From: Octopus sinensis
Taxonomy: Eukaryota
NCBI RefSeq assembly: GCF_006345805.1
Contig: NC_043009.1
Coordinates: forward strand, 4,650,001 to 4,714,000
Direction: 5' to 3'
Length of the DNA stretch: 64,000 bases
Below the pieces are notes generated by a model. The model had not been told where the DNA came from. It ran no database searches and was given only the letters and a program-made list of their open reading frames with translations. The translations under genes were made by a program, and so were the position numbers. Position 1 is the stretch's first letter; each line of letters begins with the position of its first letter. Shown one piece after another: positions 26,404 to 41,507 of the stretch.

Positions 26404-26859
26404 TATATATCACCTGACCGTTATCCCATTTAGATTGACTCTATTATTATATGTATGTGAAAGCTAATATATGATATACTTGAAGATGTATTCTTGATTG
26501 ACATTAATGTCTATTTTCAAGAGAAAAGTCATCAACTTTGGTCGACACAACATTATCAGTGATAGGATCAACCAAAAGGTTGACCTTAATAACCACAATC
26601 ACATATGTATTTCATATTAAGAATTATCAAAGTATGGACTAAACTACTTACATCAACTGTCAGGACAACACACCCTCCTAAAATATACCAACACTACTCC
26701 TGACATCCACTCTTGTCTATTCTTGTCCTTTATTATGTACACTGTATGTCTACCTCTAGCTCTCATACCTGTCTTTCTGTATTCAGCTTACATGTGTGTT
26801 CACTGTCTCACTTTTACTCTTCTATGCCAAGTTTTATTTCACCTAAGCACAATCTACAA

Positions 26860-27150
26860 AAGTGGTTCTCAGCAGGGGTCCAGAATACCCATGTAGTCCA
26901 CAAGACCCATGAGGGCCCACAAGATCCATGGGGGTCCACGTAATATTTTGCTGCTAAAACTTTCAATACGATTACAATACACAAGTTATTTCAACAATTT
27001 TCTGCTACAATTTCTAATAATCAATTATAAAAATATAATAGATTTTAAACAGCAAATGTTTGTTAGGGTCCAGAAGAATAAATTACGAATGAAAGGGGTT
27101 CACAAAGCAAACAATGGATGAGTATCAGTGATCTAAAAGAAGCACTCACA
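26860..27150. mobile_element. Possible degraded hAT-type MITE
   Basis: Left end AGTGGTTCTCAGCAGGGGTCC resembles hAT MITE termini; right end not resolved. Confidence 0.3.
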
Positions 27151-27275
27151 GACAGACACATTACTTCTGCTTTTACTTAACCATTTATTGCATTGATTAC
27201 CTAACATTGCATTGATTACCTAACATTCTTATTGCTTTCAATATTTGCTTATCTTTGTTTTCTTCTCTTTTACAG

Positions 27276-27478
27276 CAAAATGTGTGACTCAAAAAGAACA
27301 TACAGCATCTTCTAATTCTCAACACCAGCAGGGGGAGACTAATATAATCACCGTTGGTAAAGGTGGCTCACACGAACTTATAAATGGTGTGGAATCGAAG
27401 AATGTATCCCACCTACAACAATTTTTCATCTTAATAATTTCTATTGTCGCGATTATTTGCTTGCAGTCCGGCAGGTGA
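27276..27478 (+). CDS. Last coding exon: (A)KCVTQKEHTASSNSQHQQGETNIITVGKGGSHELINGVESKNVSHLQQFFILIISIVAIICLQSGR*; polar linker then hydrophobic C-terminal tail (GPI-signal-like)
   Basis: Strong acceptor TTTGTTTTCTTCTCTTTTACAG, phase 1 start, TGA at 27476-27478, AATAAA near 27596. Confidence 0.85.
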
Positions 27479-28725
27479 CTGTTTCCCGTCTGCCAGAGTT
27501 GATAGTTTTTGCATTGAAAATTAACAGAAAAATTCAAAAGAATATATATATATATATATAAAATTGTAAAGAAAATTCCCAACAATAATATAAATAATAA
27601 AAAAAAAATGTGAAGCCCAGCTTTGCAGTGGACAACAGGATGCCGAATGACAATGAGAATATTGAATGTTAAAAATACTGATGATGAAAATATCGCAGAG
27701 AATGATGTCAATAATGATGAAGATGATGATGAAAAGAAAGATAAATATGATTATGAATGAGAAGATTACGATACTGATGAGGATCATGATAAATTATCTA
27801 TAAAATGATAAATATCTTGGCCACTATGACATCTGAAAAATGGACAATGAGATGAAATTGAGTTGGATAGTGATAATAAAAGAACAATACCAATAATAAT
27901 GACAACAAACACAATAACAATAGTAATGATGTTGATGATGATATTAATAATAATGAAATAGTGAAAGGTTAATGAAAATAGATATGAAATTATGTAGCGT
28001 TATATATAAATATATTAGAACTTTAATTGTGATATTAAAGATTGCAATAATAAGTTAATAGTAATATACAGAATAGAATTAACTAAACAAGATTAAAATT
28101 TTATTAAGGAACACGATAGAGATGATAAAAGTGACACAATTTATACATAAATTATTATGAATAATAATCATGCAATCAGATGTATGGAAATAATAAGTTA
28201 AAAGATAGAAATATAGATACAGATACAATAATATTTATCCATAGTACTGAAACAAATTAGGAATTTACGTATATCACAAAACTAGATAAATACAAGACAA
28301 AAGTTTTAGACAAAAATAATAGCAGCAAAACTAGAAAGCATTAAACTTCAATATAGAAATGTTGGATATATATATATTATATATATATATATACATATAT
28401 ATATGTATATATATATATATACATATATAAAATATATATATATATACATATATAATATATATAATATATATATAATATAAAATATATACTTAATATACTA
28501 TATAATACAATATATATAATATATATATAATATGATATAATATAATATATATATATATACATATATAATATACATATTTGTATATATAAAACATATATCT
28601 AATATATATATAAAATATATATAATATACATATGCATATGATATATATTAATATATATTCTATATAGAGACATATATAATATATATACATATATAAAATA
28701 TATATGATATATATAAATATATATA

Positions 28726-28770
<45 letters not shown>

Positions 28771-29091
28771 ATATTATATATATATATATAAATATATATA
28801 TAATATATATATATAATATAATATATAAAATATATATAATATACATATGCATATGATATATATTAATATATATATATATATCCATATGTATATAAAATTT
28901 ATATCAAATATATATATATACATGATATATATATACATGATATATATATCCATATAAAATATATATGTATATATAAACACAAAACACGTATATATATATA
29001 TATATATTTATAAGATTTTATGTATATATCTATATATATATGCCATATTATATATATATATATTATATATATATAAATAAGCAGAAACACA

Positions 29092-29155
<64 letters not shown>

Positions 29156-30559
29156 CAACATTCTATATATATATGTATATATACATACATACATATATAT
29201 GTATATATAGAAACGTATACACACATATATTTATGAGATTTTATATATAAATGCATATACACATACGTATACATACATGTATTTATAAGATTATACATAT
29301 ATATATGTATATACACATGTATACATGCATATATTTATAAGATTATATATAAATGTATATACTCATATGTTTACACACGTATATTTATAAGATTATATAT
29401 ATATATGACTAGAGAGGAAAGGAAATACATCTGAAAAGTGTATATATATGTGGGCACATATGTGTGCGCATGTGTGTTTATATATATATGTATGTATATG
29501 TATATATAGTGCGTGTATGTGAAATATGGGCGTCATGGACTGAAAGGAAAATATATATATTTTTGTGATAATGATTGTAAAGAGAAGGCTGCATATATAG
29601 CGTTCTCCTTTGAATATGTGTGCCTATGTATATATGTCAAAGAAGGAATATATGCGTGTGAATGGAGAAAACTATTATTATTAGTGCCATCACCATCACA
29701 GTTAGAATCAACTTTTCAATCACAGGATATAACAGTAAATACACATTAAATATGTGTACAAACATATACAACCATACATACACTTGCATACTTTGAAAAT
29801 ATCAAATCTAAGAACTATACATATTTAATAAAGAAAAAATTTACAGACATTTGAAAACTTTAATTATTTCATAGGAAACATATTACTAAAGAAAGTATTT
29901 TTTTCGTAAATATAATAATTTTAATATATGATTATTAGTAAGCTTGATGGAAAATATGGAAAATTATTATTATTATTATTATCATTATTATTGTAATTAC
30001 TAATATGGTAATAAAAATACTAAAAAATTATAATAATTTCCCTTGCATTGACCATGATAGTTTTGTAACAGAAATGCCGCTCGTAATAAAATGTCGCGAA
30101 ATGCTAAATATAGCTATCAGTAAACTGTTACAAAACGCATACATGTCACATTTTGCTTCAACTAAAACAGGACTAAGGGACTAACAATAAAACACACTGC
30201 AACAAATTCCCATAAATTTATATACACAGAAAAACATTCACATCGACAACAAACGCCATCTTAGTGCCAACAACTAATATAAAGAAAAAAGTTTATTTTA
30301 TCACTAAGTGAAGTTTTGTGCTAATATATATTTAATTAGTTTGAATTACGATATTAGCATAAGAACATTATCGAAATCCTCAGCTGTATGTGCATATTTA
30401 TATATATATATAAATATATATATATATGCCTTAGTTTTATGAAAAATGTGAAGGTTAGTTAAGTGATTAAAATGTATAGAATATTAAAAAGTATTTTTAG
30501 AAACTGGATTTATTTTTGAAGAAATAGGATAAAAATATAGTATATATATATACACACAC

Positions 30560-30622
<63 letters not shown>

Positions 30623-30634
30623 TATACATATATA

Positions 30635-30674
<40 letters not shown>

Positions 30675-30761
30675 TATACATATATATATATATGCATATA
30701 TATATACATATATATATATATGCATATATATATACATATATATATATACATATATATATAC

Positions 30762-30811
<50 letters not shown>

Positions 30812-30951
30812 TATATATAATATATATATATATATACATGCATAAATATATACATATATATGTACATATATATATATATACATATATATATATACATATA
30901 TATATGCATATATATATATATATGCATATATATACATATATATATATATGC

Positions 30952-30983
<32 letters not shown>

Positions 30984-32074
30984 TACATATATATATACAT
31001 ATATATATATATATATTATATATGTAAACATATACATATATATACATATTTATATATCCATATATATATATGAAATGTTTTGTAAATAATTTAAGACAAC
31101 CGGAATAAAGAAGATAATGACCACTTGCACGCGAAAACTTATGTACACACAAAAACTCACATTCATATGCACTCACACTCACCTACTAATACATACAAAC
31201 ACACACATACACACACACAATAATTGTGTGAGTTTGTGTACATGTAAGAACAAAAGATAGAAAGACTTGCAGTCACGTGATAAGACGAAATTCTATTGTT
31301 CAAATGGAAAACGATAAAAGACGGAATGTTATTTATAAAACACGAAAAATGCTTTAAATAAAGAAATACCTGTCAATATGAAACTCAATACCCAACACAC
31401 AAAGCATAACACAGACGATACAACTCAAAGTAAATGAAGATTATATTAATAAACAAACTGAAAAAGTGATTGATTCATCAGTAAAGTTGTCCTATGTTGT
31501 AAAATATAGCTTAAATTCAAGCCGCATATGTATATTTACACAAATTCAGACACACAACAGACAAAAACCGAAGATACACACAAGCGCTGACACTCATGAA
31601 CCTATATAAAAATGAAAGATGTATGTACATTTTAAGCACACAACGCATGCACACACACAAATGTAGATGTGAATGATGTATATAAATATATATATTATAT
31701 ATATTATATATATATATATAACGTTCTATGTATCAAAGAAAAAAAAAACAGTACTGAAAGACGTTCAAGTCTTTTTTCCTACAAGCAGATGGCCCTGTTG
31801 CCAAAGGACGACTAAAAAACTGACGCCATTATATAGACATACACATGCATATTATATATATATATATATAAACATACATACACACACATGTATACGAACA
31901 CGCACACAACAAACGATCCAACAAGAACACAAAAAAATTGCTTTATTTCTGCTATTTTTATGAAATTTTGGGCTAAATATTTGCTCCAGTGACATATTCG
32001 TTTGATTTTTGTTTCATTATCAATCATGTTCCTCTTTTTGAGTAAAGAAAATAAAGTATATATTTCTACATATA

Positions 32075-32139
<65 letters not shown>

Positions 32140-32496
32140 GTATGTATATATACATGTGTGTGTATATGTATGTACATATGTCTCTCTCTATATGTATATA
32201 TGTATGTGTATATATATGTGTGTTAGTTATATGCATGTGTATATATATATGAATAGATATAAACACATATATACATATATATATAGATATAATTATACAT
32301 ATATTTATATAATTTTATATATATCCTTTGTAGATGTATATGTATTATATATTTTATATTAAATGTGCATATTATGCATATTATAAGCGTGCATTTGTAA
32401 TCATGCATAATATAAGTATATATGTATATAGATATACATACATATATATTACATGTATATGTATACATACATACGTGCATATATGTATATAAACAC

Positions 32497-32537
<41 letters not shown>

Positions 32538-32640
32538 AATATATATAAACTGACATAGAGTCATATACAAAAAAAGAATTAAGGAACAGATCTTAATTCC
32601 CCAAATACTCGATATGAAAAATATTGCCTCAGTAGTTTTG

Positions 32641-32707
<67 letters not shown>

Positions 32708-33695
32708 CATTCGTTCTCCTTCTTGTGTCCAGATCTCATGAACTTTTTTTCCATCCGATAAAAGAAAACAAAAGAAAAACCGTTATGAACAAGATGATAA
32801 TGAGGATGATGATGTTGTTGATGTTGATGATGACGATGATATTGATAGTGACGACGATGATGATGATGATCCATAACGATCATTAATCACTTGGATGAAA
32901 CAATATAGTTGAAACAATCCTATGGTGGAGATGGTGATGAAAACTACATTTATTAGGACAATGAAAATAATCATATTGATGACAATAAATGTGATTATGG
33001 TGAAATCAATCATAATCATGCTACCGATAACGATAAAGATGATAATGGCGTCAATGCGCATTTAAATAATTCCGAACATTCGTGGAATAATTATGTAAAA
33101 TAATATCCTAAGTGAAATAAGATGGCACGAAGAGAAAACATATATATAATTAAATATATATAAATAGATATAAGGGAAAACAATGAAAGCGCGAATGTAA
33201 TCAAAGAATTAAGCCTTAATTCAAAATGGTGGGTTTTTGAATCTCACACGTTTGGTTGGTTCACAAAAAATAAAGAATAAAATGAAAGACGAATTTTTTT
33301 TTATCTGTGGAAGCGAAGCAAAAATAAAATACATCCTTATTATTGATGGAATATGTGTGTGCCGTCGTTGGTATGTTACAACATGTTTGAAAAGAAATCA
33401 CAGGTGCTTGTATGTAAATATGTGCAGAAAATTATCCATTGTTTTATTTTTGTATTTTTTTCTTTTGGTGCGTTTGTGCGTTTGTGAGCTTCTAAATATA
33501 GTGGAATTTAAATCGAAAAAAAAAGAGAGAAAAACAACAAAAATGAAAATCGAATAGTAATACGAATATATGTCCATATTGTTGAAGGAAAAAAGTATGC
33601 GAAAAAGAGGGGTAGACATTTAACAAAAAACAACAAAATAATAATAATAATAATAATTAATGATAACAATAATAACAATGACGATGATGATGATG

Positions 33696-33733
<38 letters not shown>

Positions 33734-34648
33734 CTTAAGAAGAGACATGAGTATTATGATAATAAAACAATCGGAACAATGGAGGGAAACTTCAAGAAGT
33801 TGCAAAAATGGAAGTTTGCATTATGATGCAATGATGCGAATATATATATAGATAACACATGCAGCAGATCATACAAACACACTGGTGCGCGTACGTACAT
33901 GCACACATACATACATGCATATGTATATATAATTCCTTGAATGTGTACAAGGGAATATATCAGAAATGACAGAAAAATAAGTCAGAAATTATGAAAGTTC
34001 TTTTTTTTACATTATTAATATATGAATACAAAAATTCTGCATTTTCGTTGGGAAACTATAGAACACCATATATCTGGCGGGGGGTGGGTTGTGTCTATTG
34101 TTTTTGTCTAGTGTTGTAGAGACGATCTTTAAAGAGACAACGATTGTCGCTCCAGCGCTAGAGAACAAACCTAGAAGATAAGCAGTACTGCATCGTTTCC
34201 TTAGGAAAATTCAGACATTTTTAGTTGTATATAAAGAAAGAAAAAAGATACCTCCATAACTACGGACTTACTTTGCGCACCTCCACATCGTTTTCTTTTT
34301 ATCCGTGATTCAACTGTGAAATAAGTTTTGCAAATAAAAAAGTAACAAGTTATTTCCCATTCAACGAATCTCTCTAAGGGAATTGTTTAAAGACAAGATG
34401 ATGTATATAATCTGTCTGGCCTTCTCAATCACTACAAATGCACACACACATATATATACATATGTGTGTGTGTGTGTGTCTGTGCGGGAGAGAGAGAGAG
34501 AATGTGTGTTAGTGTGTGTATTTGCCTATCTATCTTTATATATTTGTTGTTATTGTTTTAGAGTGAGCTCGCATGTCTACAAATATATACACATATACAT
34601 ACATACATGTGTGTGAATTTATATATGTCTATGAATTGCAAATTTATT

Positions 34649-34688
<40 letters not shown>

Positions 34689-34735
34689 TATATATATATA
34701 TATAGATATATACATATATACATATACATACATAC

Positions 34736-34785
<50 letters not shown>

Positions 34786-35748
34786 TACATATATATATCT
34801 ATATATATATATATAATATATTACATATATATATATAATATATTGCATATATATATATATATATATAGATATATATATATATGTATGTATGTATATTATA
34901 TACACTCAAACACATACACACGCTTCTCGCTCAAACACACACATGTACGCATATGTAATATTTTCATTACATTTTGTTTTAGCAAATTTCCTGTTCCCTT
35001 TTTCGGCAATAACATTGACTATTGTGATCAGGAACGCAGCAAGTATATATATTAGATTAAAATGCAAGTATTATTCCTGACACAGAATGAATGTCTCGCA
35101 AGCTAATTTACCAAAAAGATATTACCTGACGTGTGCAATATCCGTCTGTATTACTGACATAGAGAAATATTGATGCATAAGAATATGGCTAATAATGGAT
35201 ATTGTTTCAGTACTTTTGGTTGTTCTGCCCCATTGTCCCTGATTAGCATGTTGAATTTACAAAACCGTGAATAACACACACCAGTATTCTTCGTTCAACA
35301 TATCTACAATGACTTGGGGACATATTTCACTTTGATTTATTGAGAAAATTGCAGCGTGCTTGTGTAAAATCTTGTTCCTATTACTAGAGCGATACAAACA
35401 GCTCAACCCAGGCTTGTGTGTGTATGTGTGCAAATGTTCTTTTCTTTCCTCAATTTTACTCTGCGTGAGTGTGAGTGTGTGTGGGCACGCTCGCGCGCAT
35501 GTGTAATTCTAAGAGTGTAATGTCAGTTTCAAAGCTAAACGGCAATTTCAATTACATCGATTTCCAATTTGTCAATCAAAAAATATGTAAAGACTGTTTT
35601 CAAAGGGATAAAGAAATTATCGTATCCAACATAGAGATTGGTTGCATCAGATGTAGCTCCAATGTTTAAAAACCTAAGGTCAACGATTTGTATTCGAGGC
35701 AAACGAAACTGCTATAGCTGATCTCTCTCACAGTCTTTCTCTCTCTCT

Positions 35749-35806
<58 letters not shown>

Positions 35807-35936
35807 ATGTGTGTATGTGAATGCATACATATATATAGTGTATGCATGTGTATATATATATGTATATATATGTATGCATTATATATGTATATACATATAT
35901 ATATATATACTATATATATATTGTATATATATATAT

Positions 35937-35976
<40 letters not shown>

Positions 35977-36143
35977 TTATATATATATATACATATAATA
36001 TATATATATGTATATACATATATATATATATATATATACACATATATAACTATATATATATATACATATACTTATATATATATACATACATATACACAAT
36101 ATATATATATATATTTACATTTACATACACACACACGCACACA

Positions 36144-36221
<78 letters not shown>

Positions 36222-36737
36222 ATACACGTACGTATGTATATACACATACACACAGAGTCAGAAAAATACATTTGAACATGTTTAGCAACAATTCAGTTAA
36301 AACATCTTAAAGCATGTTCAAGGATTATTCCTCTTTCAAATTGCAAGTTGTTTCTACCTTTCCAGCGCTCTTCCGTGAAACGCATTCGTACATTAATACA
36401 GACACACCTAACACGTTCTCTTTCTGACCCAGCACAAAGACACACACCACCATATATATATATAGTGTTTGAAATTCTGTGTAATACTGTGTGTTTGTTT
36501 CCTTTTAAGTAACCTAGCAAATTATGCTGTTTGCTTCTTGATGAGATGTTTAACATCTATTGCTAGTTAATAAATATGATATGAAGATATAATTAAAATC
36601 TAAATTAACAATAGTACTGTTGATCATATCCGTTTGCGGATTACAGTATACATACAAGAGAATCGATGGTTAGTCTATAGTATGTGTATTTAGTAAACCT
36701 ACAATAATTTCATTTATAAATGATATATACATAGATC

Positions 36738-36820
<83 letters not shown>

Positions 36821-36966
36821 ATTATATATATATATATATTTATATATGTATGTGTGCGTGAAGATACTGAACATTAGCTTTCATATTTAATATATCCTAC
36901 AGAAATCCAACAGAAATGACACAAAGATTATACACCACTTATTCAGCCGACTGCTCGTATTAAGCC

Positions 36967-36997
<31 letters not shown>

Positions 36998-37090
36998 TCT
37001 ATATGTGTATATATATGTATATGTATTTATGGTTCATATGCCTAAAATATATATGCTTAACCCATATGTGTATATGTATGTATATATGTG

Positions 37091-37142
<52 letters not shown>

Positions 37143-37296
37143 ATATTATATATTTGAAAAAAACTCTTATAGTCATCAAAAATTTACTCTTCAATCGTCA
37201 AAATTGCATCAGCTCAGAGAATTTTTTAAAATTGTCAATTTTACGCGAGAATACCAGTGCCCTACGTTCCATTCTTTTCTGCTGCCTTCCTTACAG

Positions 37297-37457
37297 ATGC
37301 AGTTTTAAACCCAATAACACCACCTACCAACAATACGCTAAAACCAATTCATGTGCACAGGCTGAGTCTACAAATTCCGGATGTCACCAGTGTGCTTAAT
37401 AAGGACTTGTATGTTGCACCGGTGAATCAACGTTCTGTAAAATACGTACGCAAATAA
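37297..37457 (+). CDS. Candidate terminal coding exon: (D)AVLNPITPPTNNTLKPIHVHRLSLQIPDVTSVLNKDLYVAPVNQRSVKYVRK*
   Basis: Strong acceptor CCATTCTTTTCTGCTGCCTTCCTTACAG followed by a complex, non-repetitive open frame amid microsatellites. Upstream partner exon not established. Confidence 0.35.
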
Positions 37458-37611
37458 TCTGAAAATATTACATAACACACCTTAAGCATACATGTATATA
37501 CATTGATAACTAACCAATAACTAAACATGCATATACACGTAAAGAACACCATACCACACCACATGAATATAATTTTGTGTTTATATGTGTGAGCACATAA
37601 TATATATATAA

Positions 37612-37647
<36 letters not shown>

Positions 37648-37648
37648 A

Positions 37649-37700
<52 letters not shown>

Positions 37701-38526
37701 TATATATATATACATACATATATATATATATAAATATATATATATTATATATATACATATGTAGGCAACCATATATTTTTTTATTTTCGATATATACATA
37801 TGTGTGCATATGTACAAGTGATATATATGATAAATACACATGCATAAGCAGTATGTAATATGTATATATATATATACATACTTGTACACGCACATACATA
37901 CATAGATATATATGTGTATATGTATATATACATATATATACATATACATATATATATATATATGTATATATATGTATATATACATATATATACATATATA
38001 TATTATATATACGTAAAAGATTTTGTACACAGCTACTAAAATGTATATATTATAAATACTTCATGTCATAAGCCCACTGCCTTTATATTTAATGAAACAA
38101 TTTTCAATATATAAAAAGTATCAGATCAATTTGCAGTTAATTTGTAAATATGTTCAATATGGCACCAAACTGCTATTGATCAGAAGACCTCGCTTCAACA
38201 CACGAAAAGACCCTACATGCGTAATGATATATACATGAAATAATATTATATGTATAAAAATAAGTTTCATATATATATATTATAATATATATATATATAA
38301 TATATATATAGTCCATATGTGGAACAATTCACTACAAGTTTCCACGGATCCTAATAAACGTAATTTTATAATTTATATATATTTAATATATAATATACAC
38401 ACATGATATAATATACCTCTAGGTATATATATTTGATATATGTATATGATATATATTATATATATATGAATATATAAATATATATATTATATATTATATG
38501 ATATATATATATATATTATATATATC

Positions 38527-38576
<50 letters not shown>

Positions 38577-39182
38577 TCATGTATATATCTGTGTGCATAT
38601 ATATACGTATATATATACACACACATACTTTTGTATATATGTATATATATTCAATAGGTTTGGCGCGCCTTTGTCAAAATATATTTCGCCCCTTATTTGC
38701 GTTTGGTATGCGTGACAGCATTTATAATTTGTTGTTATCTATTTCGTGCCAGTGAAAGTAATTATATCAAATAATACCGCGATAAACCTGCAATGTTTGT
38801 TTTAATTAATTAATTAACTAATTAATTAGTTAATTATTACTTGTATATTTTTAATTTCTTTATTTATTCCTTTACTTTTCTTTTTCTGTTGATTCTAAAA
38901 TTTGTTATAGAATTTATAAATATTTTACATACTCTATTATCAAAATGGAAAAAAACCCAAAAATACAAAAACGAAATAAGAAAAAATAACCTTTTGCTTC
39001 AGTTAATATATCGTAAGTTCGATTTTGATTAGTAAGAAAATTCCATGCTTATGTGAAGAGATAGCTTGTGTTGGTAACAGATCAATTTGGAGTCGGTATA
39101 ATATATGCTCTTACCTAAGTTGCGGCGTACATGTCGTTGGCGAACAATTCAATCATTAGCTGGAAAGGAATATATATATATG

Positions 39183-39224
<42 letters not shown>

Positions 39225-39792
39225 GGTGTCTGTGTGTACGTACGTGCGTGTGTGTGTATATTTTAATATATGTTCATGACAGATACTCTTGGTGCAGTTT
39301 TGTAACCAAAGTATACATGATACATTGACATAAAGTTTAACTGTACAAACTAATGTATGAAGTTACATATAATTTTGAACTCACCTCACTTGGTATGAAA
39401 AACAGCTTAAACTGGAAGCGAAGAACTTTTTTTATTTTCTAAAGAAGAGAAACTTATTTCTTTACAGCAGCTATTATTATTATTATTATCATTATTATTA
39501 TAATTTTAATGATAAAAACATATTACATAAACATACATATAGACATACATACATACACACAAACGTTTTCATTCTTGTAGGTTAACTAAAGTATTAGAGC
39601 AGTTTAGCTCTTATTTCTAGCATTGTGGGTGTTTCATAAGACCTTAGTCACATTTAGAGAAATTCTAATTCTCCTTTTTTGATGAAACATTTCAACCTGC
39701 TCTTTGTATCAATTTTAGCGAATCGCTAAAACATCCATTAATTTGGATGATGATGAAAACATATTCTAATAGAGAAACTAGTTCAAAACAGG

Positions 39793-39841
39793 CTTAACTG
39801 ATGAAGCTACGGGAATTGCTGAAACTGACGTCAGTATTAAG
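39793..39841 (+). ncRNA. Type I hammerhead ribozyme, full canonical core, predicted cleavage GUA| after 39836
   Basis: Stem I CUUAA/UUAAG (5 bp); CUGAUGA 39798-39804; stem II AGC/GCU; GAAA 39821-39824; stem III is the 12-nt palindrome ACUGACGUCAGU. Confidence 0.75.
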
Positions 39842-40087
39842 AATTCTCGATCAGCACTTTCCGGAGCATTCAGGTCACTATTAGTGCATATGTTTTTACT
39901 CACGTGCATTAACAACAGCATTAGAGCAATCTAGTAATGCAGGAGTTTCTTAACAACCTAGTGAACCTTAAGGTCAATTATAATTCTCCCTTTTAGAGAG
40001 ATACTGCACCTTGTTTATATTGACCTTATATATATATATAAATAAATATAATCACACATGTACACATACATACACATTTATATATGT

Positions 40088-40127
<40 letters not shown>

Positions 40128-40645
40128 AACACATACACACACATATATATATATAATGTGGGTGTTTGAAAGTAAATATGCGTGTCCAAAACTTAATATT
40201 AATTCTGAGTTCATATATTTTTATAATATATCTCTTAGTTACGTAATCGATTTTTTTTGCGACACTTAAATTACATTCGCATTTACTTTCATAAATACTT
40301 TTTTTTAACTCATAAAATTTGACGAATGTACATCTCAGAGTAGCACCGTCAAAACAGTTACTGAAAGATATACCAGATTAAAACATAATGAATCCTCTTT
40401 GGGAATGCAATGCTGAATGATGAAATGCAAAATATTAATAATACCGAAATTTAAGATAAAATAATCATGGCATTATAAATGTATATAAATATGTAATAAA
40501 CGTTAATATGCTTTGCTTCAAAATATATTTTTGTAAAGGTGTGCTTAAAAGATGTGCATATATATACATATATATATATATATTATATATATATATATAT
40601 AATATATATATATATCTAATATATATATATATATATGTATATATG

Positions 40646-40679
<34 letters not shown>

Positions 40680-40683
40680 ATAC

Positions 40684-40714
<31 letters not shown>

Positions 40715-40715
40715 C

Positions 40716-40764
<49 letters not shown>

Positions 40765-40790
40765 TATATACATATATATACACATATATA

Positions 40791-40821
<31 letters not shown>

Positions 40822-40841
40822 AATACATATATATATATACA

Positions 40842-40876
<35 letters not shown>

Positions 40877-41454
40877 ATACGCGTACCCGTTAGTACGTAT
40901 ACGTATCGGTATGTATGTGTGCGTGTATGTGTGCGCGTGTTAATATATATATATCTGTGTCTATATATACATATATGTCTCTATATATGTATATATATGT
41001 TGTATATATATATATATATATATATATGCTTGTGTGTGTGTGTGTGTGATTTTTGTGCTGTCATTCCTCTTTTTTTATGTAAATGTTTGTATATATGCGG
41101 ACATAAATATATATTTCAAACACTCTTGTATGTGCGTGTTTGCAGGCGTTTGTGCATGTATGTGTATATCATATATACATATATAAATTTTTACATAATA
41201 TATGTTTATATATATATTTATATATATTTATACATATTTTTACCTATATATGTATATATATATTGACATATATATACATATATATGGATATATAAATATA
41301 TATATATGAATATATAAATATACACACATATAATGTATATATACATACATATTTATATATACATATATACATATATTTATATATACATATATACATATAT
41401 TTATATATACTATATATATATATTTAAATATATATATATATATATGCATATATA

Positions 41455-41507
<53 letters not shown>

